Positions 1-13,100 of a DNA stretch of 64,000 nt are shown here, in pieces. A model generated the notes under the pieces. That model was not told where the DNA came from, did no database searches, and worked only from the letters and a program-made list of their open reading frames with translations. A program made the position numbers and the translations under genes. The stretch is from positions 192,001 to 256,000 of the IMG/VR virus record IMGVR_UViG_3300042997_002652. One strand, 5' to 3'. The first letter of the stretch is position 1; each line of letters starts with the position of its first letter. The DNA comes from a virus. Its lineage: Duplodnaviria > Caudoviricetes.

Positions 1-315
1 ACCGAAAGTTGTATTACCACCGCTTGCAGTAGCAGTCAATGCTAACCAAGCAAGAGCATTTGCTTCACCGTCTGTAGGACATACATAAAGAGTACTGTTA
101 TTAGTGCTATACCAAAGTTGCCCTCTTAGAGGGTTTGGAGGAGGAGTAGTATCTGCAAAATTTTCAGTAACATGAACAAAATTTGTATCTTGAGATTGTC
201 CATATCCTGCATAGTTTCTACCAGGCAGTGCTAGTGAAGTACTCGTAGTGTTGATAGTTCCATCAGCAATGGTTGTTAATACAGTACCATCTGATTTTAC
301 AATTGTATATGCCAT
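1..315 (-). CDS. Putative virion structural (baseplate/fiber-associated) protein, N-terminal part only; runs off the window edge
   Basis: Not in the ORF track. My translation from ATG at 315 is open to position 1: MAYTIVKSDGTVLTTIADGTINTTSTSLALPGRNYAGYGQSQDTNFVHVTENFADTTPPPNPLRGQLWY. A TAAATA motif lies upstream (minus strand, 342-347). It sits at the end of the baseplate module. Confidence 0.7.
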   Translation of the reverse strand, partial: MAYTIVKSDGTVLTTIADGTINTTSTSLALPGRNYAGYGQSQDTNFVHVTENFADTTPPPNPLRGQLWYSTNNSTLYVCPTDGEANALAWLALTATASGGNTTFG

Positions 316-349
316 AATCTTATATAACTCCGCTTATTCTTTATTTATC

Positions 350-970
350 TTAGATAGTAACCATATTAGTCAAAGACTGTATACGAACCGTATAATCTAT
401 CTGAATCTGTCTGTTTAGTGATTTTTGTACTGGGTGAAAAATAACGTGTGTTAATAATCTAGTTATAACATCTCCATTACTATCCGTACCGTAATTAGCC
501 AGCAAACCCAACTCATCAAAAACATAACTAGAATCAGTTTGTGTACTATTATCAAACGCTGCTTGACCGGCTGGTTCACCATAATCTAACAAGCATTGAA
601 CTAAAATGTCTGTATAAACTTTTCCCGTAGTATGAAAAACCGTCATCTTATTTCTAGTTGGGTCTAAGTTAAACACACTAGTATCATCTACTATTTTTGC
701 ATAAGTTTGATTATAAAGTGCTGCATTTTGTCCAGTAACATTAGGAGGTAAATAAGTAATTACTCCAGTAGAGTCTACTGATGCCCCTCCATTACCAAAT
801 GCCATTTGATAAATTTCTCCATAGCCTCTGCTGCTAAGTGTATCGGCAATAGCTTCAGACATGGTTTCGTAGTTAATAGCGTTATGTTTGTCAACAAATA
901 CTTCCCCGTTATTGGGGTCGTAAACCTTTAAAAAGCCTTCTACTTTATACGATAAAGTAATGATAGACAT
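350..970 (-). CDS. Conserved hypothetical phage protein in the baseplate module (about 206 aa)
   Basis: The ORF track starts at TTG 973; the ATG at 970 is more likely because it overlaps the upstream TGA (TGATG). It ends in a beta-rich C-terminus (LLTHVIFHPVQKSLNRQIQIDYTVRIQ). A structural role is inferred from position only. Confidence 0.7.
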   Translation of the reverse strand: MSIITLSYKVEGFLKVYDPNNGEVFVDKHNAINYETMSEAIADTLSSRGYGEIYQMAFGNGGASVDSTGVITYLPPNVTGQNAALYNQTYAKIVDDTSVFNLDPTRNKMTVFHTTGKVYTDILVQCLLDYGEPAGQAAFDNSTQTDSSYVFDELGLLANYGTDSNGDVITRLLTHVIFHPVQKSLNRQIQIDYTVRIQSLTNMVTI

Positions 971-1125
971 CAATTATCTCCTCTTTGCTGAACCATAACT
1001 TCTTTAGTATTTGGATCAAAAATTTTTATACTTGATGAAAAATAGAATCCGCCCACTTCATTTGGTTTTTTAGAAGATTCAGTTTCTTTTTTATTTGATT
1101 GTTCAAGTTCATTAAGTTCATTCAT
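970..1125 (-). CDS. Small 51-aa protein resembling the N-terminus of the downstream gene
   Basis: Not in the ORF track. ATG at 1125 to TGA at 972-970 gives MNELNELEQSNKKETESSKKPNEVGGFYFSSSIKIFDPNTKEVMVQQRGDN. It fills the intergenic gap exactly, its stop overlaps the next ATG, and TAAATA lies 5 nt upstream. Confidence 0.65.
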   Translation of the reverse strand: MNELNELEQSNKKETESSKKPNEVGGFYFSSSIKIFDPNTKEVMVQQRGDN

Positions 1126-1139
1126 GTCTTTATTTATCA

Positions 1140-4100
1140 TTATAAAATATCCGTATTTAAGAATTCAGCAGACACAGTTTCACTTATCTGTAATGGATCA
1201 CCGTCGACTGTATTAAATATTGCGTCATCTATTGGGTTCCAAGTTTGGTTATAATAAACATCTGACAGTCTATTCTTTGATAATAACCCAAAAACTTCAG
1301 TATAAGTTAGTATCAGTGATTGCTTTCCTGTTCCATTAACTCCTCGTTCTAAGTTACTTAATGTGTTGTTAGTTAAATCTACTGATCCAAATCTGATTTG
1401 CTCACCGTTTACATAAATCAAATTACCTTCTAAAGTAGTAATTGTTAATTGATTTCCTACATTAATGTAACTACCTGCTGTTATTTTTAATATCGGTGAT
1501 AACTCTTCTATCACAACTCGGTAATTATCGCTAGAAATAAACTCGTTTGTGCTATTGTTGTATACTGTAACGTTAGTAATTAATCTCTTATCTGCTGTTA
1601 ACCCAAAGTTGTAATTACCAGAAACTGCTGCAGGAGTGGTCACTGACTGAACAATAGTATTGGTTAAGCGAGTAACGTCATCTACATAAATTACAGTACT
1701 CAAGTCATAGATAGGTTGTGTTAACCAAGTTCTAGTACCGGTATTTGCTCTGTACACACTTGCTTCATTAATAGTATCAACAAAGTTCAAATATATTTCT
1801 TCATCAGGAGTAGCATATGGCATCATACTTGTTATGATTACTACGTCACTTGAATCTATAGAAGTTAATATACTTAAATTATTATCAGCATTTAATCTCA
1901 GGCTAGTAGAAGGTACACGTTCACCATTTACTGTTACCCATAAACGATCAGTATTTACGTGTTCCCACTGAGTTACATTCATTGACCCTGAATCATTACT
2001 AAGAGCTACTGAACTTCCACCTCGTGTAGCAGAAACAGTAAACTGTGTTGCACTAACTATCGCACGTATATAGTATGTTGTTCCCGCTACTAAACCATCT
2101 AGTACAGAACCGGTAAATATTACCGGCGTATTTACTACTAACTGACTAGTAGAAGTTACTGTAATCAAGTTAGTTGATGTAGTTGTAGCGGTAGCAATTT
2201 GAGTTACTAAGTAATAAGAATCTACTAACCAAACATATCCTTCACCTGTATAAGAAGAAATAGTAGTAATCGGGTAGTTTACAGCACCGAATGCAGGATT
2301 ATAACCTGCATATCCTGGAATCCCTGATTCGTATAAATCAAATGTTGTTGAATCAATTATCTTAGCATAGTAAGTATTGTTATTAAGTTGGATTGATCCT
2401 AACGTACCATCTATTCTTACTAAGTCATTTTCACTTAGTCCGTTAGCCGCAGCAGTTGTTACTCTAACAGCAGGTTTTCCGCCTACTGTAACTTGTATAG
2501 TACCTGTACCTAGTGTGGTTACTATTTGAGTTCCGTTTTCGTTTTTGATAGTAAACACAGTGCTACTTACAATACTATCAACAAAGTACACAGTTCCGTC
2601 AGTTGCTATCCCGCCAAACGAAATACCTTTAAATTCTACAGTAGCGTTGAGTACAAATCCTGAAGTGCTGTCTACTGTTATTTCATTAGGTACGCCCGCA
2701 GTAGTAGCAGTAGCACGAGTAACAGCTAGTGGTAATGTTATTTCATTAGATATACTTTGAATAGCGTTTACTACCGGTGCAGTTGAGATTCCGTCACCTA
2801 TAACCTGAGTATTCAAATACTGCTGTTGAGTATCATTAAACGTAGTAACTGCTATAGTACTACCATTAGTAGGTGCTGAGTTAAATATAATTTCATCTAA
2901 AGCAGGATCTATAGTATAATCACCTAATGGTGACAATCTAATACCGTCAACTTCTACAATAGCATTACCAGGATTATCACCGCCTACAAAGTTGTTTAGC
3001 GCAAATGTATCTTCTATACCATCTCCAGAAAGTATTTGTGTTTCTGGTAGCGTGTATCCATATTGTGCCGGGAATGTTTCTCCAAATATTGTATATGACA
3101 GATAATCAGTAGAGTTGTCGTACGGAGCAGCAAATACTAATTTAGCTGAAATTCCATTGCTTGCTAATCCTATAGCATAGTCGTTTGTTATGTACATTGA
3201 TCTACCACTTGCATTACCCAATACTTTTACAGAACCGCTTGGTGTTTCAGAAATAGTAAACTCGTTGCTATCTATGATAGTTTTTATATAGTATGTAGTA
3301 AGAGGATCAATATTGCTTCCTGTAAATATACCCTCACCAAACGTTACGGGAGAGTTAGCTATTAATCCATTTGTAGATACAGTTACCACTGCGTTGTTGC
3401 TTGACTTAGTTTTAACAGCAGTATTAGTATTACCTATTACTAATTTAGTTCCATTATAAGTGACAATAGGATCTGTCCAAACCAAACCACTACCTATTTC
3501 AATGTTTACTAACATTAATCCAGTAGCATCAGTTAACACATATATAGAACCTGCAACTCCGGTTATTCCGTTAATGCTATCAGAAATAGTAATAGTATTA
3601 GTTGCGGGACTAATAGATTTTACATAATACTGCTGATCTTCTACAATATTGCCAAATACTACTCCTTGGAATCTAATAGGTTCATTTATAACAAACTGTT
3701 GAACACTGTCACACAATATTCTGTTAGTCACGGATTCAGTAGCAGTAGCAAATACTTCTACTGAATATGTTTCAGGGCGTATTACACCACTGCCAGAATA
3801 TATAACACCTGAATAATTGCAGTTTAGATAAATTTCATTAAAGCCAGTATCAGTATTAAGTCTGATAGGATCAGTCTTAGAATTAGATTTAACTAGTTGA
3901 TCACCGTTACCTGTTTCGTATACATCAATTCGTAGAGTATCACTAACAGGGGTAAATGCGATAGATGTAGTTAATGTAATTATATTGTTTATCCAGTCAA
4001 TTGCATAATCAGTACCTTCATAAATCGTAGTAGACAATCCAGTAGTACCATTGATCACAGCTACAAATATTTCAGTTGGGTACTGAGCAGCACCATCAAA

Positions 4101-7100
4101 GCTATACACTGTTTGAGTTGACGATACTGGATTTAGTTCTAAAGATACTATATTATAACCAGTGTGAGCATATTCAGTAGCAGGCCAGTTTGTTCCAGGA
4201 CGTGTGTTTACTGTCATTGCAAGATTGTCAGTTACCATACCTGCAACCAATTCTTCAGGAGCGTAACCTGCTGTAAATGCATCACCTTGAATATCATAGA
4301 TTGGAGGAGCTACCACAAACAGTGTTGATACTGTCCAAGTAACACCATAATCATCAGTTAACAATACAGTGTCATTTTCTCCTACTGCAATAAACGAACC
4401 GGTTTCTTTATGAGAAATTCCTTTTAATTTTTCTGTAGTACCTGAGGCAACCGTAGTCCAAGTAATTGCATTAGTAGATGTTCTAATTGTTCCTGTGTCA
4501 CCTACCGCAATAAACACTCCATCACCGTATACTACATCATTCAGTGTTGCAGTAGTAGGATATGAATACATTCTAGTTCTAAACGGAATGCTTCCATCAG
4601 TAAGATTTAGAACTGTGCCGCCTAAGCTTGTAGATATTTCAACTTGAGTTGAAGATACGATAGTTTTTATATAATAACTAATTCCAGCAGTAATAGAACT
4701 AAAACTATCAGTGAATCTAATCACATCGTTTACAGCAAATCCAGCAGTGTTAGTTAAAATTAATTGTTCAGTAGCAGAGTTTACACTTAGTACTGTTACT
4801 TCATTTACGCCCAACCAACTTGCACCGTTTTCGCTGTAATATATAACACCATTTTCACCAACTGCTACGATATTGTTTCCGTTAGCGGCAACGCCATTAA
4901 ATCCATTAGGTGTGCTTGTGTTTACACCAGCTGATGGGATAAAGTTTACACCGGTCCAATTTATTCCGTTTGCGCTGTAGTATATTAAATTAGTATCTAC
5001 TATTTGAGTTAACCCAGTAGAATATTCAGGTACTTCACCTTTACCTACTGCAACAAATCCAGTAAATGCAGCAACGTTTACTGCACTAACTCCGTATAGT
5101 GTATTATCATACTCAGTAAACGCTAATCGTTGAGTCCAATCGTAAGTGTCGCTACTTGAAACAATACCTTCTCCTACTGCAACGAAAAGATTGTTTCTGT
5201 AAGCTACTGACTGTAATGATAGCGCAGCAATGCTTATTGGTTGAGGGCCTATTTCACTTGTAACAGTGCCTGTTGTAGTCCACACTATCCCGTCGTTACT
5301 TCTAAGTATAGGAGTAGCCGAGTTAGTGGAAGACATAACATATATGTTATTAGCTTGTATGATATCAGTTAATCCTATACCCGCATTAGTAAGTTTAGCA
5401 ACTGCCCAAGATTCGCCGGTTTCGCTGCCTAACACCGCAGAATAGTTTGGTGCACTAGCAGCAGCCAAATAATTAGTACCGTTCCAAACTACAGACGCAA
5501 CATCAATATCAGTTGGATAAAACGCTTGTGTCTGTAAAATAGTATCTAGTTCGTACTGCTGGGCAGGAGCAAAAGGATTGCCTAAATATGTACTATTAGG
5601 ATAAGTAACTCCCTCAAACAACTGAGTTAAGTCAACACCCGGCATATTCACAGTAGGCTGATAATATCCTACTACTCGGTCCATAGCGTTAAGTCTGCGG
5701 TCACCTGAATCTAGTAATTCCCACTTACCAAATATAAAGTCGTCATCATTATTACTTACAACACACACATATACTCTGTTGTTAAATTTAACAATAGACT
5801 GATTAAAGTAGAATGGTTCCGGCAATAATGCAAAACTGCCTGCTTTAGTCATTGACATTGAGCCGGTAGTATCAGTAGTAAAGTTAATAACTGATCCGCC
5901 GGGTTCAGTAGTCAGTCTTACAGTAGTTGCTGTTGGCTTATCAACGATGTAATATGTTTGTCCTAATGTAATTTGTGATGAGAAAATAGTGCCCGTAAAT
6001 ACAACAGGATCATTTACGCTAAAGTTAGCTGAACTTGTAACCGTTACTCTATCATTTGATGCTGTAATGTTTGTTGCAGTTGTAGTAGTGAATCCTACAA
6101 AATCAAATCCAATTCCGGTTACCGGTACAGTCATTAAAGGATTAGAGTAAACTTCAAACTGATTTGGAGATATTACTTTTAAGTAATATTGATCAGATGT
6201 TCCTGCTACTATACCTGAACAAATTACATCAATGATTCCTCCGTCAGTCTCATCTATAGTGTTTACCGTTAAAGTTAAATTATTAGCAGGTGTTGCTCCG
6301 CCGATATCAGCACCCGGTATAACGATAGTGTTATTAACCGCGTAACCTTCTCCTGCTGTACTTACTAATGCTCTATATCCGCCTAATATATAGCTTACAT
6401 CAAATATTGCATCAATTATGATTTCTTGAGTCATATCAAAATCACTTACTGTGTTAGATAAAGTTACATCGGATCCACCGCTACTAGCGGATACTGTTAT
6501 ATACTCTTCTCCAGTTCCTAACATTGATCCTGAATCATTTGTAAGTATTTTTACACTTCCTCCGTCAGTATCAGATATAGTGAATCTAATTCCATCAATA
6601 TTGATACTTTCTACAAAATATTCTACTCCTATTGTAATACCACCTAGTCCTTGACCTGAGAATATGATAGGCATGCCTACATATAATGACTCAGTAGTAT
6701 CACAGGTTATTAAATTACTTGATGATGTACTAATAGCATCTATTTCTACTATACCGTAATCAGTTATGTAATATGTAGTTGCTGCTGTTAGTCCGCCTAT
6801 AGTAGTATCAAATTGTACTGGCATATTAACATAAAAATCGTCGGTGTTTCCAGTAGATGAGTCAATAGTAATTCTATCTAAAGTAGCTATTGTAGCCGTC
6901 ATTGTTCTTTCAATTAACGAACTGTTTGTTCCAGAAACGTTTGGATATTGTTCAGACGTACTATACAAAGTAAACAGCTGACCATTTACTTGTCCAGGGC
7001 TTACTGGTAAAGATACATTCATTGTCATAGAACCGGTTGCAGTAGACAATGTTAATGTGTTAGCTTGACTGGTTAACAGCATACTACCTGCACCGTTAGA

Positions 7101-10100
7101 TAATACAAACACACCACCGTTAATCAAAGTAGAAATAGTCATTTGTGTTGTGTTAACTATTTCACTTACATAATATGTTGTGCCGGCAATAATGTTACCA
7201 AATGTAGTTCCAGTAAATATAATAGGATCGTTAACACTAAAATCATCAGTTGAAGAAACAGTTACTCTATTATTAGATGCAGTGGTTGCAGTTGCAGTAG
7301 TTGATAATGGATCTTGTGTTTCTGAAATAGTAAACGTTTGACTATTAATAACAGTTGTTATGTAATATACGTCATTTTCAATTACCCCACCAAACACAGG
7401 CTCAGTTACACTATACTTAGTAAAGAATACAGGCAAGTTAGTATAAAATCCTTCAGTTCCTCCTGTACCTATTAAACTCATAGGAACAGTTAACGCATTA
7501 GTACCTGCTTGGGTAGCTGTTACTTCAAGTATGCCGGGATAGTTAACAGTTAATACAGCAGTATCTACTACTTCGCCTGCTAAACATTTTAATCCAGCTG
7601 CAGGAATAGTTGCGTTAGTTAAAGTTACTGTGCCGCCACCTTCGGTTAATGATACAGTAAAGTCTGTATCATTAATAATTGTTTTAACATAATAAGTAAT
7701 ATTTTCTTGTAATCCACCAGCAACCGCACCAACAAACTTAACAGGCATGCCTTCATAGAAACCTATTGTTGATCCTGAAGCATTTGGATTAGCAGAACCA
7801 TCATCTAGAGGTATCAATCTAATTGCATTAGTAGCTAATATCGTGTTGCCTACGTTACGTTCTAATGAAGACCAAGTTAGCTGTCTATCATTGTCAACAT
7901 CTGTGATTTCAAACGCAACACCTTGAGCACTTGCTAATACTGATGAGATAGGAGGTAATACACTTTCTAATTGCATTGACGAGCTAGAAACACTTTCGCT
8001 ATTAAAATAACTACCAGCAAAGAATGATCCGTAATATGTGCCTGCTCTCCAATCTTGTACTTGTGAAGTATAAGTTGTTCTATCAAATCTTAGTGTGATA
8101 TTATTTTCTCTAATAGGAGACGCAGAAGTGATCGCAGAGGCTTTTGCTCCTAAACTAATAGTTAACTGATCATCTGTTCCGATATCAGATATTTGTATTC
8201 TGTTTGTATCATTTATAGCGTCACTGTAGTTAGAGTAAAACGCAACTATAGCAGTTGGTGTTGTTTCTAATACATTGATATAGTACCATTGATTATTAGC
8301 TAAACGACCGACCCCAGCATCACTTTGTTTAAACAGTACTAAGTCTCCGGTAGCTAAGTTAGGACCATAAACTCTTATTGTGTGTAATGTTGAGTTAATA
8401 TCAGCATTAGTAAATGATATTACTACTGAAGGATCTATTCTAATTTCAGGAAGAACCATATATCCCTGACCAGGATCTATTACGTTAATACTTAAAACTG
8501 AATCTAAACTCATTACTGCTTCAAATACTGCTTCTGTAGTAGGAGCAGGATACAAATCAAGATCAACGTATGCAGTTACTCTAGGAGGATCAACATAACC
8601 TTTTCCTCCATTTAGAACAATTACTTCAGGTAAATCAATAAAGATTTTTTCATTAGGGAAATGTTGAGAAATAGCTGTTCCGTTTAGTCCTCTTTGTAGT
8701 CCTGAAACTAAGTTAAGTGCTCTGTCAACTGAAGAGTAAGCTATTTCTTCGTTACCTATTCTAATTGTACCATTGATTGGGAATCCTTGAGCATTGTCTA
8801 CAAACATAAACGATGAACCCAAAGTCATGTAAGAAACTAATGTAGTGATCTCATAATTACTTTCACCGGTTAAGCTTACTCCCTTATTTTGAAACCATTG
8901 TGTGTATGGAGCAGTTTGCCAAATATCGTCAGTATCTACGTATTCATTATCTTGATTAGGATTAGAATATACTAATGAAGGAGTAATAAACTGATTTACT
9001 GATTTATCATACTGAGCAGGCAAATCAAAGTCTGTAATATTACCATCAAATGTGTCTATTCCTGTATACTTAAATACAAACTCTTTTACAACCACATGAT
9101 AAGGTTTAACTTCGTTAATGTATCCTGCTAAAAAGTCTTGATTATCAGTTTGAAACACTTCTATTGGTTTCAATTCTCTTATAGTATGAGCCACATCTAC
9201 TAATGAAGTTTTGTTTAACCAAGGTAAATAGTTTTGAGATTCAGTACTTTCACTTTGAATGTAGTCAAATAATAATATCAATCCTTTGTTTCTAAACAAC
9301 AATAATTCATCAATATAAATTTGTTCGTTCAATGCGCGAATGATATATCTAGTTTCTTCACTTGGATATTCATCATATGAACTAGTATCAAAGAAGTTAT
9401 CACCAAATCCAAGTCTTGCTTCAGCATAATCCCAAAGAGTCAAGTTAAATTCAATAGTTCCATTTTCTAAACCGATACGAGTCCAAATGCTGTTTCCATC
9501 ATATCTGTAAACTTCAAACTTACCGCTACCATTGTTTTCTACAGTAACAATAGTGTCTGTTGCTACAGATAAGGTAGACAGATCGGCGTACAATGGAACT
9601 TGTATAGCTGACTTAGTGTTGTTGTCGTATCCAGTTGTCCACCAGTTAATATACTGCCAGTAGTCTGGTGTATTGTAAAATTCTCCTTGAGCAAACAATA
9701 AAGATATGTCAGGTCTAATTTCACTGATCGGATACTGAGCTAATACTTCATTAGCATATGTTAAGTAATTCTTTAATGCTAGGTAACGATTGTAAAAGAA
9801 ACTTTGTCTTGGTCTAGCTAATACACCAGACTGAACTGCTTTTGGTAAGTACGGGTTAGGTACTACGCTTCCTTCTTCATCTACTCCAGCCAAACTGTCT
9901 AACAGTCTATCATAAAGACCTATAGGTTCTGCGTTGCTTCCTAATTTAGGTAGTCCAGGTAAAAAGTCATCAGCAAAATCTTCTTTAATTAATGTATATT
10001 CTGAGTGTGCTTCATCATCATTTGTACCATTAGCATACCCTATATGGAATACGCTATCATTTGCATTAATATATTCAGCACAGTTATAAAGAGCAAATGA

Positions 10101-13100
10101 ATTATCTCTTAGCGGAGCAAAAAATGCGATACCAGAATTCTTAGGATTGCTGATGTAAGATTCAAGTATTGTATCAGATAATGTTTTTCCTTCTTCTCTA
10201 AAGATTATATTTGAATTTCTTACCCAGAAATAATAAACAGGAGTAACTATATTAGAAGAATCTATTATACTAGAAACAGTATATCTAGTGCTATCTTTTG
10301 GTGTGCCGGGGCCTTGATAATCTCTAGGAGAAACATTACTTACTACCCAAGTATAAACAGCAACATCACTACCAGGAAATACTGTTCCCCAATATTTGCT
10401 GTTGTATACTAAGTCATTTTGATGGTAATTTACAAAACGAACATTAGTAGTATCAAACCATACTTTACCAACTTTTTCAGGGCCCCAAATTAACCCTGAC
10501 TGAGGATCAAAAATCTCATCACTGTTATAATTAGCAGGGTCAATTGAAGTAACATAGTTTATGTTTTGTCTTACAGATCCTAATAGTTTACCCTGTAATG
10601 GATCAATGTAATCAAGATTTATCAATGTGTTATTTGTTTCAGCACTAAAGAGTTGTGCATTCTGGATGCTATCAATGTTTACTATAGGCGCAGAATTTCT
10701 GTATATTGACCAGTCTTTAATACCTGATTCATTTTCGTAAATAGTTACTTGACCGTCTACTGAGTCTGGTAAGAAGTTAGGTGTGCCTATCATTACTACA
10801 TTGCTGTTGAAATCTAAAGCAGTGCCATAAAGTGGATTGAAACCGTATACTATGTCTTTGCTGTTTACAGACTGTGCATAAACAAACTCACCGATATTAG
10901 TTAAGTTCTCGTTATAGTTTGAAATGTAATCAAACATATAAACTGCGCCGGCATTTGGTGCAGTATCTATAAACTGTGTAGCGTTGTTGTCAAAAATAGT
11001 ATCGTTTGTAAAATCTTCGTCATCAATAAAATCAAACGTAGTACCTTCATAACGAGTAGCTACTGGTGCGCTAATCACTACAGAATCATATTCGTTGAAT
11101 TGAACTACTGATCCAAACTGAGTAGGTCCAAATTCATGCGGGCAGTTAATAACTTGTGTGTTAGTATATATTTCAATACCTAGTTCAGTTAATGTAGTGG
11201 TATCAACCGCTGTTATTATTAGTTTCTGATTAACCTGAGTTAGATCAGTATTAATAACTTGAATCATTAGTTTATTATCTACAGTAGCCGCTGCTTGAAT
11301 GTTAGTAATATTAGCAGAATTAATAGCATTAGCTACAACTGTTGCGTTTCCTATTGGCACGTTAACAAAGTATCCGTTAATTAGTAAAGGACGAACAGCA
11401 GTAACATTACATTCGTTTACTCCAGTTACTAAACCAAATTTTGCTCCAGCATTTGTAAATCTATAAACAGCACCTTCTTGGTTTTCGTCACTAATTTCAA
11501 AAGGAGATCCTATTAATATTTCAGAACCTGATTGAATAGTATCAAGTGAATAACCAAACTGAGTGCCTACTCTATTATTATAATTTGATGTAAAGGTCTG
11601 CGCGTAAGTAAACTTACTATCGCTTACTGTGATAATATCACCTGCTGTCAATGTACCTGAGTAAACGAACGTACTACCTATCACACCATAGTTGTTATCT
11701 TGAACTATTACGCCGTTTCTAGATACGTATAATGGTGAGGTTTGCACGGTAGCAGTTACGTTAGAAACAGATCCTACGGTAGATATTGCCTCAGGAGTAA
11801 TAGATGATCTTGAAGTTTTTATTGTTATATCAGATCCTGCAATACTTCTTATGTAGTAAACACTATTTCCTTGAATACCGGTACCAAGTAAACCAGTACC
11901 GCTAAAGATAATAGGATCATTAACTGCTATTCCAGATACACTGTTTAATGTGATCAAGTTTCCTGTGGCATTAGTAGCACTTACTGTTCGTGATACTGTT
12001 ATAGGTGTCCATGCTAATTGGAAAGTTTGTCCTATTGTATTAAACTGAACTTCAATATTTTGAACTGCTCTAGAAAATGCAAAAGCACTTCCCCAGTTAG
12101 CAATGTTGCCATCATAGTCTTTATCAGGAGCGCCCACTACCATCACATCACCATAGTAGTTTGTAGTAATAGACTTGCTAAACTTATCAGTTGATGATAC
12201 TAAGCTTAAAGCTACTCCGTTGATTATTGTTGACGCTTTGTAAGTGATCTGAGTTGCTGCACCGGTGCCGGTACCTACTCCTGTTGCAACAAACGTGATA
12301 CCTACTTTGCTTTCAATCGCACCAATTAATGTAAAGTCAGTAGTACCTAAGTCAGTGATAACATAAGTTTGTCCGGAAACAAAATATCCTGCATTAAGCA
12401 ATATGTTTTGTTTCTGATAAACATGTACCTTATCGTTTGCAATATCAGAAATATATAACCAATTTTGGTCTCCGGAAATAGCTAGTTCGCTACCCCAATC
12501 TGTTACTCCGCCGGGTGCAGCGATTGTTTGATAAAGAACAAAATCGTCTGACAACTGACTATCATTAATTACATATACATGAACTTCTGAAGCAGTAGTA
12601 GGTTCAGAAATTACATAAGTGTTTCCTGCATAAACGATCTTAGAACCAAATGATGTTCCGCCGGTTAGTGTTTCTACGATAAAGTAATTGTTAGCAGAAT
12701 CTTGAGCGTAACGATAAACTTCGCCTGCACTAGCATCGCTTATTAAATACCCTGCTTGATCAGTGTACGCAACTGCGCTACCAAATGTAGTGCTGTTAGT
12801 TTTTGTTACTTCATTATTATACTGATAGTTCAAACTCTTTCTATATACAGCCCAACTACCGTCAGTGCTTTCGTCTACCCATACAGTATTTTTTACAAAC
12901 TCTGTATCCAGTAGCGGTAGGTTATTAATACTAGCAGGATTGCTTACTCTTTGTGATTGGAATGTTAAACCAATACCTTGACCAGTGCTTGCAATTTCAG
13001 TAGCTACCGGTAAGTTAATAATCACTTCATTCAAGTTAACTATGTTAGCTACTATGTAATATCCGTCTACGTTTGTTGCATAGTTTATAATAGACAGAGG

